From Schizochytrium sp. TIO01 (taxonomy: Eukaryota > Protista > Bigyra: Labyrinthulomycetes), in assembly GCA_004764695.1 (NCBI GenBank), contig SMSO01000025.1, positions 5,062,862 through 5,126,861 of the forward strand: DNA of 64,000 bases. The letters run 5' to 3'. Position 1 is the first letter of the stretch; every line of letters begins with the position of its first letter. A program made the translations under genes and the position numbers. Shown here piece by piece: positions 24,147-35,801 of the stretch. The notes under the pieces are model-generated. The model made no database searches and had not been told where the DNA came from. It was given only the letters and a program-made list of their open reading frames with translations.

Positions 24147-24477
24147 TCGACCTTCTCCAAAATTCTTCCTGGCCCTTGTGTACATGCCTACGTATAAACA
24201 TACACGTGTAAACGTCTGCGTGTGTTTCATCTCCGTCATGATCGCTCCAGCCCCGCCACAATTGTCCACGACCTCTCCAGATCAACCGCTTGGCCTTCTG
24301 TGAGCCTGTTCGACCTTCTCCAAAATTCTTCCTGGCCCTTGTGTGCATGTCTATCTATATATAAATACGCGTCTATACGTCTGCGTGTGTTTTATCTCCG
24401 CCGCGATCGCTCCAGCCCCGCCACAATTGTCCACGACTTCTCCAGATCTACTACCGCTTGGCCTTCTGTAAGCCTGT
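24147..24477. repeat. Diverged tandem duplication with a unit of about 163 bp (24147-24309, 24310-24477)
   Basis: Both copies begin TCGACCTTCTCCAAAATTCTTCCTGGCCCTTGTGT and contain GATCGCTCCAGCCCCGCCACAATTGTCCACGAC...CCGCTTGGCCTTCTGT. Confidence 0.9.
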
Positions 24478-25103
24478 CGCCGGTTTTACAGGTACGTCGC
24501 CGGAGATCCTCGGGCATATTGCAGCCTAGCACCCACCTACCTGTATCGCTAGCACTGATGGCGGCACTAGCAGCACACTAGCAGGGCATAAGTCTGCGCA
24601 ACCCATTTTGCAATCAAGAGCGGCGCCAAGAACTTGCTCGCCCTCGAGGGCTCTCGCGGCCTGCCGAGCTAGCTAGCCGGCAGGCACCCTCGCCCAGCCG
24701 GCGGGCCAGCCAGTCAGCCAGAGGGCCAGGCCCGAGCGTGGTGCGATGGTCGCCTGTGCTGCTCTAGCTTCGCTGCGGAATCGCCGTTCTCAACTTCATC
24801 GTCCATCGCCTTTTGTGGGAAGTCCTCCCTTCGCCAAGAACCCGTCAAAGCTCCTGCCGCCACTCACGGCTGCGTGGCGCTCGCCAACGCAAGCAAGCAA
24901 GCAAGCAGGCAGGCAGGCGAGCGAGCCAGCACGCAGCTGCAGGGCCCGGAGGCTTGCTTGGCGAGGGCAGGCGAGCGAACAACTTGCTTCGGGGTCCAGA
25001 TCCGCGACTTCGACGATTGATCTTTTGTTGGAGCACTCCATTCATTCATTGCTCATTATTGATTGAGATTATTGTTCGTGTTTTCTTTGACTTTAATTGA
25101 AAC

Positions 25104-25134
<31 letters not shown>

Positions 25135-26123
25135 ATACATAAATAAAATTAAGGTAAAGTTGTCTAAAGATTCGTATTATATGTATAATAAGTGGTACAG
25201 AAAAGAAAGAAAGAAAGAAAGAAAGAAAGAAAAGGGTGAAAAGCCTGCAGTATCAAGGATGCCGCATGAGAAGTCGCGGCTTCCATGATGAAAGCTTCCA
25301 GCGGTGTGTTTGAGTGATTGTTGGGTTTTCTAGCTAGCTAGAGATGGTAGAAGGTGTACGAGAAAGCAGGTACCTACGTAACGATCACTCGCTCGTCTAT
25401 AGATTCCTGATTCCATGAGAGAACTTCGCTTTGACAAACCTACTTCTTCTTTCAGTTTGGTTTAGTTTTTTTTTTTGTTTTTTTCTTCTTCCTTCTTCTA
25501 AAATATTTTGATTAATGTTTTCGTATAAAAGTTTTTAGCTTTAAATTGAAAAATAAATAAAAAAAATAATAATAAGAGGCTGACGACATGAACTTCAAGA
25601 TTTGCCACAGAAATCCAAACCTTAGAACTAAACCTTTATCTGCAGTCAATGAAACACGATTGATCCTGCTCGCACAGCGCAATGCGATTTGTCGCTCCAC
25701 GGTCAAATGACAACAACTATTCCCGAACCCCACAAAAGGCAGGCACGCAGGCAGCAAAAGCAAAAGCAAAAGCGAAAACAAAATCAAAAGCAAAACATTT
25801 CAGGTACCAATTCTATTTTCATAAGCTTGCCTTGATTCTTTCATTCTGTAACGAAAGCAGCAGAAAGTATCTCCAACAAGTTCCCGCACGCCCTGACACC
25901 GTCTCTCTCGGGGATTTAATCAACCTCCTCGTCGTTGTCGCCTCTGATTCCGCCGTGCTCGCCGTCATGGCAACTTCTCCCCTTCGCCAGCCGTGGCCTC
26001 CATAACTCGCACAAACACGCACGCACGCATCCATCATACTTACGCACATGCGTCTATACCGTCAGTCAATCAGCCCATCACAGTACTACGTTGGTATCGC
26101 CACAGCGAATTTGATTAAGTACG

Positions 26124-26542
26124 TGCAATGCAATGCCATGCAATGCAATGCAATGCAATACAATGAATGCAATGAATGCAATACAATGAATGAATCCAAT
26201 ACAATGCAATACAATGCAATCAATGCAATGCAATGCAATGCAATGCAATGCAATGCAATGCAATGCAATGCAATGCAATGCAATGCAATGCAATGCAATG
26301 CAATGCAATGCAATGCAATGCAATGCAATGCAATGCAATGAATGCAATGCAATGCAATGCAATGAATGCAATGAATGCAATGCAATGCAATGCAATGCAA
26401 TGCAATGAATGCAATGCAATGCAATGCAATGAATGCAATGCAATGCAATGCAATGAATGCAATGCAATGCAATGAATGCAATGAATGCAATGAATGCAAT
26501 GAATGCAATGAATGCAATGAATGCAATGAATGCAATGAATGC
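26124..26542. repeat. (CAATG)n satellite grading into (CAATGAATG)n
   Basis: Direct reading; source of the MQCNA/ALHCI pseudo-ORFs. Confidence 0.97.
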
Positions 26543-26986
26543 ACCGCCGCTGCGCCTGCCGCCTTCCTCCGACGTGGTAGAGTGAGTGCAGAAAGAAAGA
26601 AAGAACTCCATCGAGACAGACACCACCTGAAGCCTGAAGCCTGCCTCCCTGATGCCTGCCTCCCTGATGCCTGCCTCTTCAAGACTCAGGCAGGCAGTCA
26701 GGCAGGCAGGCCTGTAGGGGCGCGAGGGGGCTGGCGCGTCGCCGGCGCGCAAGCGGCACAAAGATGGCTGCGGCAACTTCCTTGGGCGGGGCGTCAGGCA
26801 TCCGACTTTGTGCCGCACACTAAATTGCAGAGCTATGAAGTACTTAGTTAGTCCTATGCATTACGAGCAATGAAAGTATTTTATTTGTTTGTTTTATAAA
26901 CTTAAAAGAGCTATTTTTATTAAGTTTAATTAGGGAAAAGAGGCGCTTCAGTATATGTTATGGATTGATTTGATTTATTCAGTGAT

Positions 26987-27125
26987 TTGTTTGTTTGTTT
27001 GTTTGTTTGTTTGTTTGTTTGTTTGTTTGTTTGTTTGTTTGTTTGTTTGTTTGTTTGTTTGTTTGTTTGTTTGTTTGTTTGTTTGTTTGTTTGTTTGTTT
27101 GTTTGTTTGTTTGTTTGTTTGTTTG
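26987..27125. repeat. (TTTG)n microsatellite
   Basis: Direct reading. Confidence 0.97.
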
Positions 27126-29058
27126 TCTGTCATCTGCGTCAGAATCAATCGATCGATCAGCACATGCGATCGTCCTTCCGCTAGAACTTGTGAAAAACGA
27201 CAAGAATCCTCCACAACTCACTCACTCACTCATTCACGCACTCGCTCATTGCCCAATGCACTGCGCTGCACTGCACTGCACTGCGTTGCTCTCGGCCACC
27301 ATGATTCACGGAGATGCACGATTGAAATGAATGAATGAATGAATGAAAGTGCTCAAGCCTGAAGTTCAATCTCGGCGTCTCGACAGCTTAGATTGCCATC
27401 TTCGTGGAAGTCGTCGACGCTTTGGCGATGGCCGCCATTGCAAGAGGAGCAGCTTGCCTGAAGCAACGATGATGCAGCCCTGCCATCGACCAATCGATCG
27501 ATCGATCTTCGTTGACGATGACGATGACGATGACCACGATGCTGCTGCTGCCGCTGCTACTGCTGCTGCCGGTCGTGACGATGCAGATCGCAAGTTCCCG
27601 GAGGCCTTCTTCCTGAGCCGGAGTGAGGTCGCGTACGCCACGATGGCCTCCCTGTTTGTGTGGTGGAAGAACCCGCTCTGAAGAGCCCTGAGTCAGGAGC
27701 GTTTGGCCTGTTCATCGTGCGTTCATCGCCCTGTCGCTGGACGTGTCCTGAAGGAGAGGCCTTCTCGTGCAGGCAGGCAGGCAGGCGGGCGATACCGCCA
27801 GGCCCAGGGGCGTGGCCAGCTCGCGTCTATCGCGTGGGTCGGTCTCTTGCGCGGAACTGCGAAGAGGCGCACGAAGCGAGCACGACTCGACTCCGAGTTC
27901 TCGACCCAAGATGCGGCCGTCCATCGTGGCCGGCAGCTCCAGCTCCAGCGCAAGCACCAAGACACAGCAGCGCTGCTGCTGGGTCCTTCATGGAGCCGTG
28001 GCTTCGCAGACGCGGTCAGTGTCCACCTCCGCCGCCGCCTTCACGCGCGCATGAGATGGGTCCGCAGCAAGAACCGCCGCCCTGAGAACCTCGCAATCAC
28101 CGCCACCACCAGCAGCCATGGGGCTGACTCCGGCTGGGCCGTTGGGCGGCCGCCCGCGAGCTTGGGAGTCCAGGCCTGGGCCCGCCAGCATCAGCATCGG
28201 CAGCGGCAGCATGCGTGAGCTCCATGCTCGCGCGAGCTCTGCGATTCTCCAGAGTTCTGTTTTCTTGGATTGGGCAAAATCTTTGTGATATCTATCTATG
28301 TATCTATCTATCGTCAGGAGAACCCGAGGTTCCAGGCTTCCTCGCCCGTCGTGGCAATCGGCCGTAGGCGGTCGCAAGCGCGAACAAGCGCTCGGCCGGG
28401 GTCTCCTTGCGAGCTCTCCTTGCGGTCTCTGCGACGAGCTGGCCGGTCCCGTGGGCTCTCGGGATCTTCGCTTCGCTTTGGTTTGGGATGATGCTTTGGT
28501 TTGCTCTCTCTCCAAATCCTGATTCTGCTCAATAGGCGTTCTTTTCCCTCGTGATGCGCCCTGCCACCCTCACCTAATAGTTACATACCTCACCATAGGA
28601 CCCGTTCTTTTCATCGGAACGCCTTTTTGTTGTTTTCTTTGTTTTCTTTGTTTAACTTTGGATATTTATTTTACGGAGTGCTATATAACAAAAGTTTTTT
28701 AGTTTTCCATAATAAAATATGCGATTCCAGTTAAACCAAAAACAATGTTTTGATAACAGATAAAACAAATAAATTGTTGTTGTTGTTGTTTTTAACAAAC
28801 AAAAGAGAGAAAGATTTTCCGAACTGAGTCTCGTCATTCATGGTTTTCATCCCTTTGGGTTGCAAAACGGACGGAAGAAGAAGAAGAAGAAGAAGAAGAA
28901 GTCCGCATCACAGGGAGGGGGCGTGTCGAGCGACGCTGATGAGCTCCAGGCTCTGTGCTTTCCCAATGGTGTGCTTGGGAGATCTCCCTTCACCTCATGT
29001 CGCGTAATGCAATTCATCCGTTTGTTCGTTCGTTCGTTCGTTCGTTCGTTCGTTTCTA

Positions 29059-29124
29059 CTTTAGTTTTAGTTTTAGTTTTAGTTTTAGTTTTAGTTTTAG
29101 TTTAGTTTAGTTTAGTTTTAGTTT
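29059..29124. repeat. (TTTTAG)n/(TTTAG)n microsatellite
   Basis: Direct reading. Confidence 0.9.
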
Positions 29125-30201
29125 TCTTTCTTCTTCAAAGCTGTTTTCGCTGTTCTGAGCGACTTAAGAGGAAGAGGGCGTTAGGAGGCGGTAGCAAAGC
29201 CCTACTCTGGCAAAGTGAGAGACCTATTGGGTACTTCGTTCTCGTTTATTCTGCGAATACTCCCCGTCGGAACCTCCTTTCAAAGCACAGGAACTCGCAC
29301 GCTTCACAGGTCTTCCTCGCAGTGCTTTCTTCTTCTTCGCCGCGAACGACGACGGATCACACGATATGATATGATATGATGTCAAAGCAAATCATAGCAT
29401 AGCATATCAGATTAGATCAGATCAGATCAAATCAACGCGGAGACAGGACAGGCAATCGCATTTCTTGGCCTTTTTGGCCTTTTCATGATTCCTCACTCAT
29501 TCCACTTTTCGAAAGAAAAGAAAAGAAAAGAGAATAAAAGAAAAGAGAATAGAAGAAAGCACCTCCACGCTAGCCGTATTTACCGTAAACAGTAGCAGTG
29601 GCGGCTTCCAGCTAAATAAGTATGTGCGCCGTGACAGAACAGAAACAGAAACAGAAACAGAAACAGAAGGAGAGGTGGTAGGTCTTTGCTAGGCTTTACA
29701 CTGAGAGTCCCTTTCAAATGTCAGTGAAAAGAAACAAACTAAAATAAAATGAGACACAATAAACAATAACAATGAATGAACAACAACATTTAATGAATAT
29801 ATGGTGATTAATTGTACATACATTGTGTAAGTGATGACGACGATCGAAAGGAAAAGAGGAAAGAGGAAAGAAAAAGAAAAAGAAGGAAAGCGACGTGGTA
29901 GGGTGCAGCTACTGTTTAAGCTAGGAGGCCAGGCGAGGCGCAGCAGGCCTTCGAACAGGCTGCGAGCAAGAGCAAGAGCGCTTGCTTGCTTGCTTGCTTG
30001 CTTTTCTTGATCGCGTGGAGCTGTGGCCGCGCCAGAGAAGGAGCCGGAGGCAGCAGCAGCGGCCACAGGCCTCGGCTCAGGGCCACGCCTCTTGGCCCAG
30101 CCACGGCGGCCTGGCAGCTCGCTGCTGCAAGGTAGAAGGTGAAAAGTGGCGAATTAACAGATAACATTTGTTTAAGCAGGTGAATGAAAGGAGGGTTGAA
30201 A

Positions 30202-30264
30202 GGGAAGTAAAAGGGAAGTAAAAGGGAAGTAAAAGGGACGTAAAAGGGACGTAAAAGGAAAGTA
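30202..30264. repeat. 11-bp minisatellite GGGA(A/C)GTAAAA x5 upstream of PEPC
   Basis: gggaagtaaaa x3, gggacgtaaaa x2, then degenerate copies. Confidence 0.85.
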
Positions 30265-30662
30265 GATCGGGGTTAATAGGGGGATTGAAAGGGCGGTGAA
30301 AGGAGAGTAAAAGGGGGGTAAAAGGAATGTAAAAGAATGTAAAAGGAGAGGCGCCTCCGCAAGATTTGTCGGGTTCGTAGACCCGGAATTGCCGGAGCGA
30401 TCGGATCGCGACTCGTGACAGCTCGCCGTTGCGCGGCAGCTGAAGCGTGGCCAGACCTGCGTGCGCGCAGGCAGGAAGGCGGGAACAGAGGCAGCCAGCC
30501 CCGCTGCCAGCAGAAGACCCGGCAGCCGGTCGGAGAAGCCTGATCTGTCTGCGGCTCTCATTACCCGCGTATCTATATCTATCTATCTATCTATCGAATA
30601 ACAGCACTTGGCAAATCTGAGAGATCACATTGAGGTATCATTGCCATCTCAGAATTGCGAAA

Positions 30663-33600
30663 ATGATGCGCGCTAGAGCTCGCGGAGCGGCGTCCTCGCT
30701 GGCGCTTGCACCGCAGAAAATGGACTCGCGCAACGTGGCGATGCCGGTGTTTCTGCGCTTGAAAAGTTCTGATGCTTCTTCGTCATCCCCAGGAAGCGAC
30801 ATGCCGATGCCAGATCTTAGCAAACCCGGTCTCCGCACTGACGTTAAGCGCCTCGGCCGCATCTTGGGTGGCATTATCAAGGAAGAGGACGTGAACGTGT
30901 ACAACCACGTCGAAAACCTCCGTCACCTTGCTAAAGACTTCCGTCGCGACTCCAGCCAAGTCGCTTTCGATGATATGGTCCGCACTGCAGGATCCCTGTC
31001 CCCTCGCGAGGCAAAGGATGTAGCAAGGTCCTTCTCGCACTTCCTCGCGCTCTCAAACTGCGCAGAAACCCACCACCGTGTGCGTGAGCTTGAAGAGCTG
31101 CGACGCAGCCAGAACGTCCCATCGCCGTTCCCTGACAAAAAGGACTCCTCGCGTGGCGCAATCCAAGCTCTGCTCGACGAAGAAGGACTCTCCCCACGTG
31201 AGGTACGCGAGACTCTGATCAAACAACGCGTGGAACTCGTCCTGACAGCTCACCCGACCGAGATCAACCGTCGCACGGTGCTGGACAAGCACCGTCGCAT
31301 CAATATGGCTCTTGACGCTTCTGACAGACTTGATCGTCTTAACGAGGGACCTCCCGAAGCTTCCTACGAGCGTCGCGAAGTTGAAGATTCGCTCAAGCGT
31401 GAGGTTGCAAGCCTTTGGTCGTCTGACCAGATCAGACGCTTCAAGCCCACCCCATTCGTAGAGGCCCAAGGTGGCCTTGCTGTCATTGAATCTGTGCTCT
31501 GGACCGCAGTTCCGACATACCTTCGCAAACTTGATGCAGAACTTGTCAGGTCACTTGGAGAGCGCGGACTTTCTCCGGATGAGGCGGGGCTCCCCCTTGA
31601 TGCAGCCCCGATTCGATTTGCTTCGTGGATGGGAGGTGACCGTGATGGTAACCCGAACGTTTCGGCGGAAACCACGCTCCAGGTTGCTGCTTTGCACAGG
31701 TGGCAAGCAGCGACTCTGTACGTGGCAGACCTTGAGGCGCTTTACATTGAGCTCAGTATGAGCACAGGGTTCTCCAATGAAGTCAAGCACTTGGCATCGA
31801 ATATCCACAAGTCCCCTGATACGGTTGAATTGTACCGCCGCATTATTGGCAACTTGAGACTGAGACTGCTTGCAACCGCTCAAAAGGAAGAAAGAGCTCT
31901 CCGAGGAGCGGACTTTACGCCAACTCATGCAGGACAAAACCCGCAGCAGCAGGTCGATGCCAAGCCGCTGGAGAAACCTGAAGATCTCATGGGACCTCTT
32001 AAGGCTATTCATGCGTCGCTCAGGGCGTCTGGAAGATCCGAGATTGCCAACGGAAGACTCGCTGACACAATTCGTCGTGTGGCGGTTTTTGGACTCACGA
32101 TTATGCCGCTTGATATTCGCCAGGAGTCCACAAGGCACCTCGAGGCTGTCGATGCTATCACAAGACATCTGGGACTTGGATCGTACGCTCAGTGGGATGA
32201 GGATACCAAGATCAACTGGTTGTGCCAGGAACTCAGCACGTCACGACCGCTCTTGCCGCATCAGGTGCTCAGTGACTTCAACAACTATGGATTCTCAGAA
32301 ACTGTTGTTGATACCCTTGAGACCTTCCGCGCCGCCTCGCAGCTTGGTGAGGGATCCCTTGGTGCATATGTCATCAGCCAGGCCAAGGCCACCAGCGACG
32401 TGCTCGCAGTGGCTCTGCTCCAACAGGAGTTTGGCATGGTCGGTGCTCCCGCTGCTGCCGGTGAAGGTGGCAACAAGTTTGCCAAGAACCTTCGCCCTAT
32501 GATGCGTGTCGTACCCCTCTTCGAGACCCTCGATGACCTTAACAACGCCCCGGGTATCATGCGCCGTCTTCTTAACCTCCCCGCTTACCTAGGTCGCATC
32601 TCTAACCGTCAGGAGATCATGGTTGGCTACAGTGATTCTGCCAAGGATGCAGGACGTCTAGCCGCTTGTTGGGCTCAGTACCGCTGCCAAGAGGAGCTCG
32701 TTAAGGTTTCTAAGGAGCTCGGTGGTGTGGAGCTGACCTTCTTTCACGGCAAGGGTGGTACTGTCGGACGTGGTGGAAACCCGGCTGTGTACCGTGCTGT
32801 GCTTTCGCACCCTCCCAACACCATCGATGGACGTTTCCGTGTAACTGAGCAAGGCGAGATGATTACGCAGAACTTTGGTGACCCGGCCATCGCGCAGCGT
32901 ATTCTCGATATTTACACCGCTGCTGTCCTCCGCGAGAAGCACTACAAGCACGTTTTGCCTTCAGCAGAATGGCGCCAGACTATGGATGCCATCTCTGAGA
33001 CCTCATGTGCGAAGTACCGCAAGATGATTCGTGAAGAACCTACGTTTGTGCCCTACTTCCGTACTGTGACACCGGAGCTTGAGCTTGGTTCTCTCAACGT
33101 CGGATCGCGCCCGTCGAAGCGTAACCCAAAGGGTGGCGTAGAGTCTCTTCGTGCCATTCCTTGGATTTTTGCTTGGTCCCAGACGCGTTGCCATTTGCCT
33201 GCTTGGCTCGGTGTGGGCGCCGGCCTCAGCACTGAGAACTCCATGGAGCACCTTCAGACCATGTACGAAGAGTGGCCATGGTTTCGCGAGATCGTTGATC
33301 TTATTGCCATGATTCTGTCCAAGGCTGACCCTCCTATCGCTGCCAACTACGATGCCCAGCTCATCCCTGGTGCCTCTGATAACGATGATGTAAAGGACTC
33401 CATGGTTGAGCTCGGTAATGCCATTCGTGAGAGCCTCAAGCGTACCTGTGGCAAGGTTCTCGAGGTGTCTGGCCAGTCTGATCTCAACATGGGTAACACC
33501 ATCCTCCAGCGTGAGCTTGAGGTTCGCTCTCCTTACCTTGACGCACTTAACGTGATCCAGTGTGAGGTGATGCGCCGTCTGCGTCAGAACGAGTTCGCCT

Positions 33601-33683
33601 CTGCCGAAGAGGAGGCCTTCCTGCGTGATGCCTTGCTCATTACCATTAACGGTATTGCCGCTGGCCTCCGCAACTCCGGTTAA
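30663..33683 (+). CDS. ppc: Phosphoenolpyruvate carboxylase with a probable mitochondrial presequence, about 1006 aa
   Basis: VLTAHPT, SWMGGDRDGNP, VVPLFETL, QEIMVGYSDSAKDAG, FHGKGGTVGRGG, LRAIPWIFAWSQTR and C-terminal RNSG. The first ATG is at 30663 and starts an Arg/Ala/Ser-rich leader. Confidence 0.97.
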   Translation: MMRARARGAASSLALAPQKMDSRNVAMPVFLRLKSSDASSSSPGSDMPMPDLSKPGLRTDVKRLGRILGGIIKEEDVNVYNHVENLRHLAKDFRRDSSQVAFDDMVRTAGSLSPREAKDVARSFSHFLALSNCAETHHRVRELEELRRSQNVPSPFPDKKDSSRGAIQALLDEEGLSPREVRETLIKQRVELVLTAHPTEINRRTVLDKHRRINMALDASDRLDRLNEGPPEASYERREVEDSLKREVASLWSSDQIRRFKPTPFVEAQGGLAVIESVLWTAVPTYLRKLDAELVRSLGERGLSPDEAGLPLDAAPIRFASWMGGDRDGNPNVSAETTLQVAALHRWQAATLYVADLEALYIELSMSTGFSNEVKHLASNIHKSPDTVELYRRIIGNLRLRLLATAQKEERALRGADFTPTHAGQNPQQQVDAKPLEKPEDLMGPLKAIHASLRASGRSEIANGRLADTIRRVAVFGLTIMPLDIRQESTRHLEAVDAITRHLGLGSYAQWDEDTKINWLCQELSTSRPLLPHQVLSDFNNYGFSETVVDTLETFRAASQLGEGSLGAYVISQAKATSDVLAVALLQQEFGMVGAPAAAGEGGNKFAKNLRPMMRVVPLFETLDDLNNAPGIMRRLLNLPAYLGRISNRQEIMVGYSDSAKDAGRLAACWAQYRCQEELVKVSKELGGVELTFFHGKGGTVGRGGNPAVYRAVLSHPPNTIDGRFRVTEQGEMITQNFGDPAIAQRILDIYTAAVLREKHYKHVLPSAEWRQTMDAISETSCAKYRKMIREEPTFVPYFRTVTPELELGSLNVGSRPSKRNPKGGVESLRAIPWIFAWSQTRCHLPAWLGVGAGLSTENSMEHLQTMYEEWPWFREIVDLIAMILSKADPPIAANYDAQLIPGASDNDDVKDSMVELGNAIRESLKRTCGKVLEVSGQSDLNMGNTILQRELEVRSPYLDALNVIQCEVMRRLRQNEFASAEEEAFLRDALLITINGIAAGLRNSG

Positions 33684-34208
33684 ATCAACGAAAACATTGA
33701 TGCTGGATTTGTACTCTTTAATTTTTCATGTTGCACTGCGTCTGAACAAATGATAAAGAGTATGATTTGACCTTCAGCTATGTACGCTCGTTACTTCTTT
33801 TTTGTTTTTTTCAATCATCACTCCACCTTTTACTCCAACTTCTTTCTAAACCCAAAACATAACATACCTTTTTATCTATCACTAATTTCTACTCATCCCT
33901 TGCAAGCTTGAACATACCTTCTGCGTAGTAGTTTTATGTTGTCCGCAAAGTGTTCTCATTTGCTGTATTTCGTTACCATGCAGAGGGAGAAAATGTTTGT
34001 TTGGAAATCTAAACAGGAATTGCATAATCCATATATCGACAAAAAATAGAGAGAACAAAATCTTCCTCGATTACTATTTAAATTACATACTATGCTCTTC
34101 TTGTATAACGCGACTTGAAAGAAATAAAACAACAATAAATCTAGAGACATGGTTGACAAGCAAAGGAACCCTTGAGAAATTCAGAATGGAAGAGAACAAC
34201 CCATGACA

Positions 34209-35801
34209 TTAAGCAATCCTCAAAGATCCCTGCTCATGTTGTGGAGGGTCCACAGCATCCTTTTTGGTAAGGGAGTAATCGGACGATAGTGTCATGTTCG
34301 AATCTTTATTCTCCTGTTGCTCTTGTTGCTCTTGTTGCTGCAAGTCATCTTTAACAGCTTCGATGAGCCCGACCATGTCTTCACCCACAGCTTCATCACC
34401 TGTAACATTCACTGGAACAACAGGCTCCTTAAGACTTGCGCGAGGTGTAGAATTTCCATGCGAGTCAATTTCGCTGATAGACTCGTCAGATAGACTTTTG
34501 CGGCTCGTACCAAATGCCTTGAAGCGGATCATCGCCTGCACCGCATTCCGCAAAAGAGTGACCTTACGCTTTGCGTTCCACTCGCGCATTGGCTCAAGAG
34601 AGCTTGAAAGGTCCACATGCATGGAGCTAGCGAGGAATGGGTGCCCCAAGAGGTCCGGAATCGTAGAGCGTTTCTGAGGATCTGCCACGAGCATCTTTGA
34701 GACAAAGTCCTTGGCATCCTTGCTCACCGGGTCCCACCATGGGGAGTCAAACTCATAGTTGGCGTGGCGAATCTTGTGAAAAAGAGCACGTCGGTCCGTG
34801 CCACGGAAGGGCGGGTACCCGCAGAGCAAGATATAAGCTACCACACCAAGGGACCAAACGTCGCAAGCCCGATCGTAAGGTTTTTGAGAAATTACCTCAG
34901 GTGCGACATAGCCTGGTGTGCCGCATGCAGTTTGCATATTGGAAAAATTCTCCTCTACAAATTCTCTAGCAAAGCCAAAGTCTGCGAGACGAATCTCATC
35001 GTCATCAGTCTTGCTTGCAAGTAAAATATTCTCTGGCTTGATATCACGATGCACAATACCATTCTCGTGGCAGAACTGCACTGTCTTCAGAAGTTTGCGC
35101 ATAATTTTGCGTACATCGGCCTCTTCATAGTATTCGCGCTGCACAACACGTTCAAAAAGTTCACCGCCCTCAGCGAACTCTGTGACAATGTATAACCTCT
35201 CGGCGTCTTCAAAGTGCTCAATGTATGTGATCACGTTCGGGTGGTTCAATTTAGCAAGGATCTCTGTTTCCTTCAGAATCGAAGCAAGCTCCTTCTTTTT
35301 GAGGCGTGCTTTGGTAATTGCCTTGACTGCAACTTTATCTCCGTTTGACATTTCCGCCAAGTACACCTTGGAGTATGCACCTTGGCCAAGTTTCTTCAGA
35401 ATACGGTATTTATTCGGCTGTTGCTCATTTTTGTCAGCTGCGCCCGAGCCGGCAGAAGCCGAAGATCCAGTGGAAACCATGGAACCACGAAGAGCTTGAC
35501 CAGCGACCATATCTGCGTTGACGTTGCCCCCAGTCGGTGTAGACGGCAAATTCGACTTTGATGATTTCTTGTTACCCCAGGGTTCTGCTGGTTTCTTCTT
35601 TGTGGATGCTTGGCGACTCTTGCGCTGAGAGGCGTTGTCCGCCTTGAGCGCAGCTTTCTTGGCGCCGGTACCGGTAGATGCTGCGTTAGGCGACGCGGGA
35701 TTACTGCCTCCTGCGATCATATTTGCGGCCTCTGCAGCATTTTTCCCGCCTTGTTTGCTGTTTTTTCGCGTGAAACGTATCAGCGTCCACGGCGCCACCA
35801 T
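34209..35801 (-). CDS. Ca2+/calmodulin-dependent (CAMK group) Ser/Thr kinase, about 530 aa from the first ATG
   Basis: LGQGAYSKV, VAVK, GGELF, HRDIKPEN, DFG, CGTPGYVAPE and DVWSLGV...GYPPF. The post-kinase WNAKRKV...AVQAMIRF resembles the CaMK autoinhibitory/calmodulin-binding helix. The start is uncertain because the ORF track uses an upstream non-ATG codon. Confidence 0.92.
   Translation of the reverse strand: MVAPWTLIRFTRKNSKQGGKNAAEAANMIAGGSNPASPNAASTGTGAKKAALKADNASQRKSRQASTKKKPAEPWGNKKSSKSNLPSTPTGGNVNADMVAGQALRGSMVSTGSSASAGSGAADKNEQQPNKYRILKKLGQGAYSKVYLAEMSNGDKVAVKAITKARLKKKELASILKETEILAKLNHPNVITYIEHFEDAERLYIVTEFAEGGELFERVVQREYYEEADVRKIMRKLLKTVQFCHENGIVHRDIKPENILLASKTDDDEIRLADFGFAREFVEENFSNMQTACGTPGYVAPEVISQKPYDRACDVWSLGVVAYILLCGYPPFRGTDRRALFHKIRHANYEFDSPWWDPVSKDAKDFVSKMLVADPQKRSTIPDLLGHPFLASSMHVDLSSSLEPMREWNAKRKVTLLRNAVQAMIRFKAFGTSRKSLSDESISEIDSHGNSTPRASLKEPVVPVNVTGDEAVGEDMVGLIEAVKDDLQQQEQQEQQENKDSNMTLSSDYSLTKKDAVDPPQHEQGSLRIA

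Noticed and set aside
29059-29124. (TTTTAG)n as an interstitial telomere
   Set aside because: It lacks the GGG of TTAGGG/TTTAGGG-type repeats; an ordinary microsatellite.
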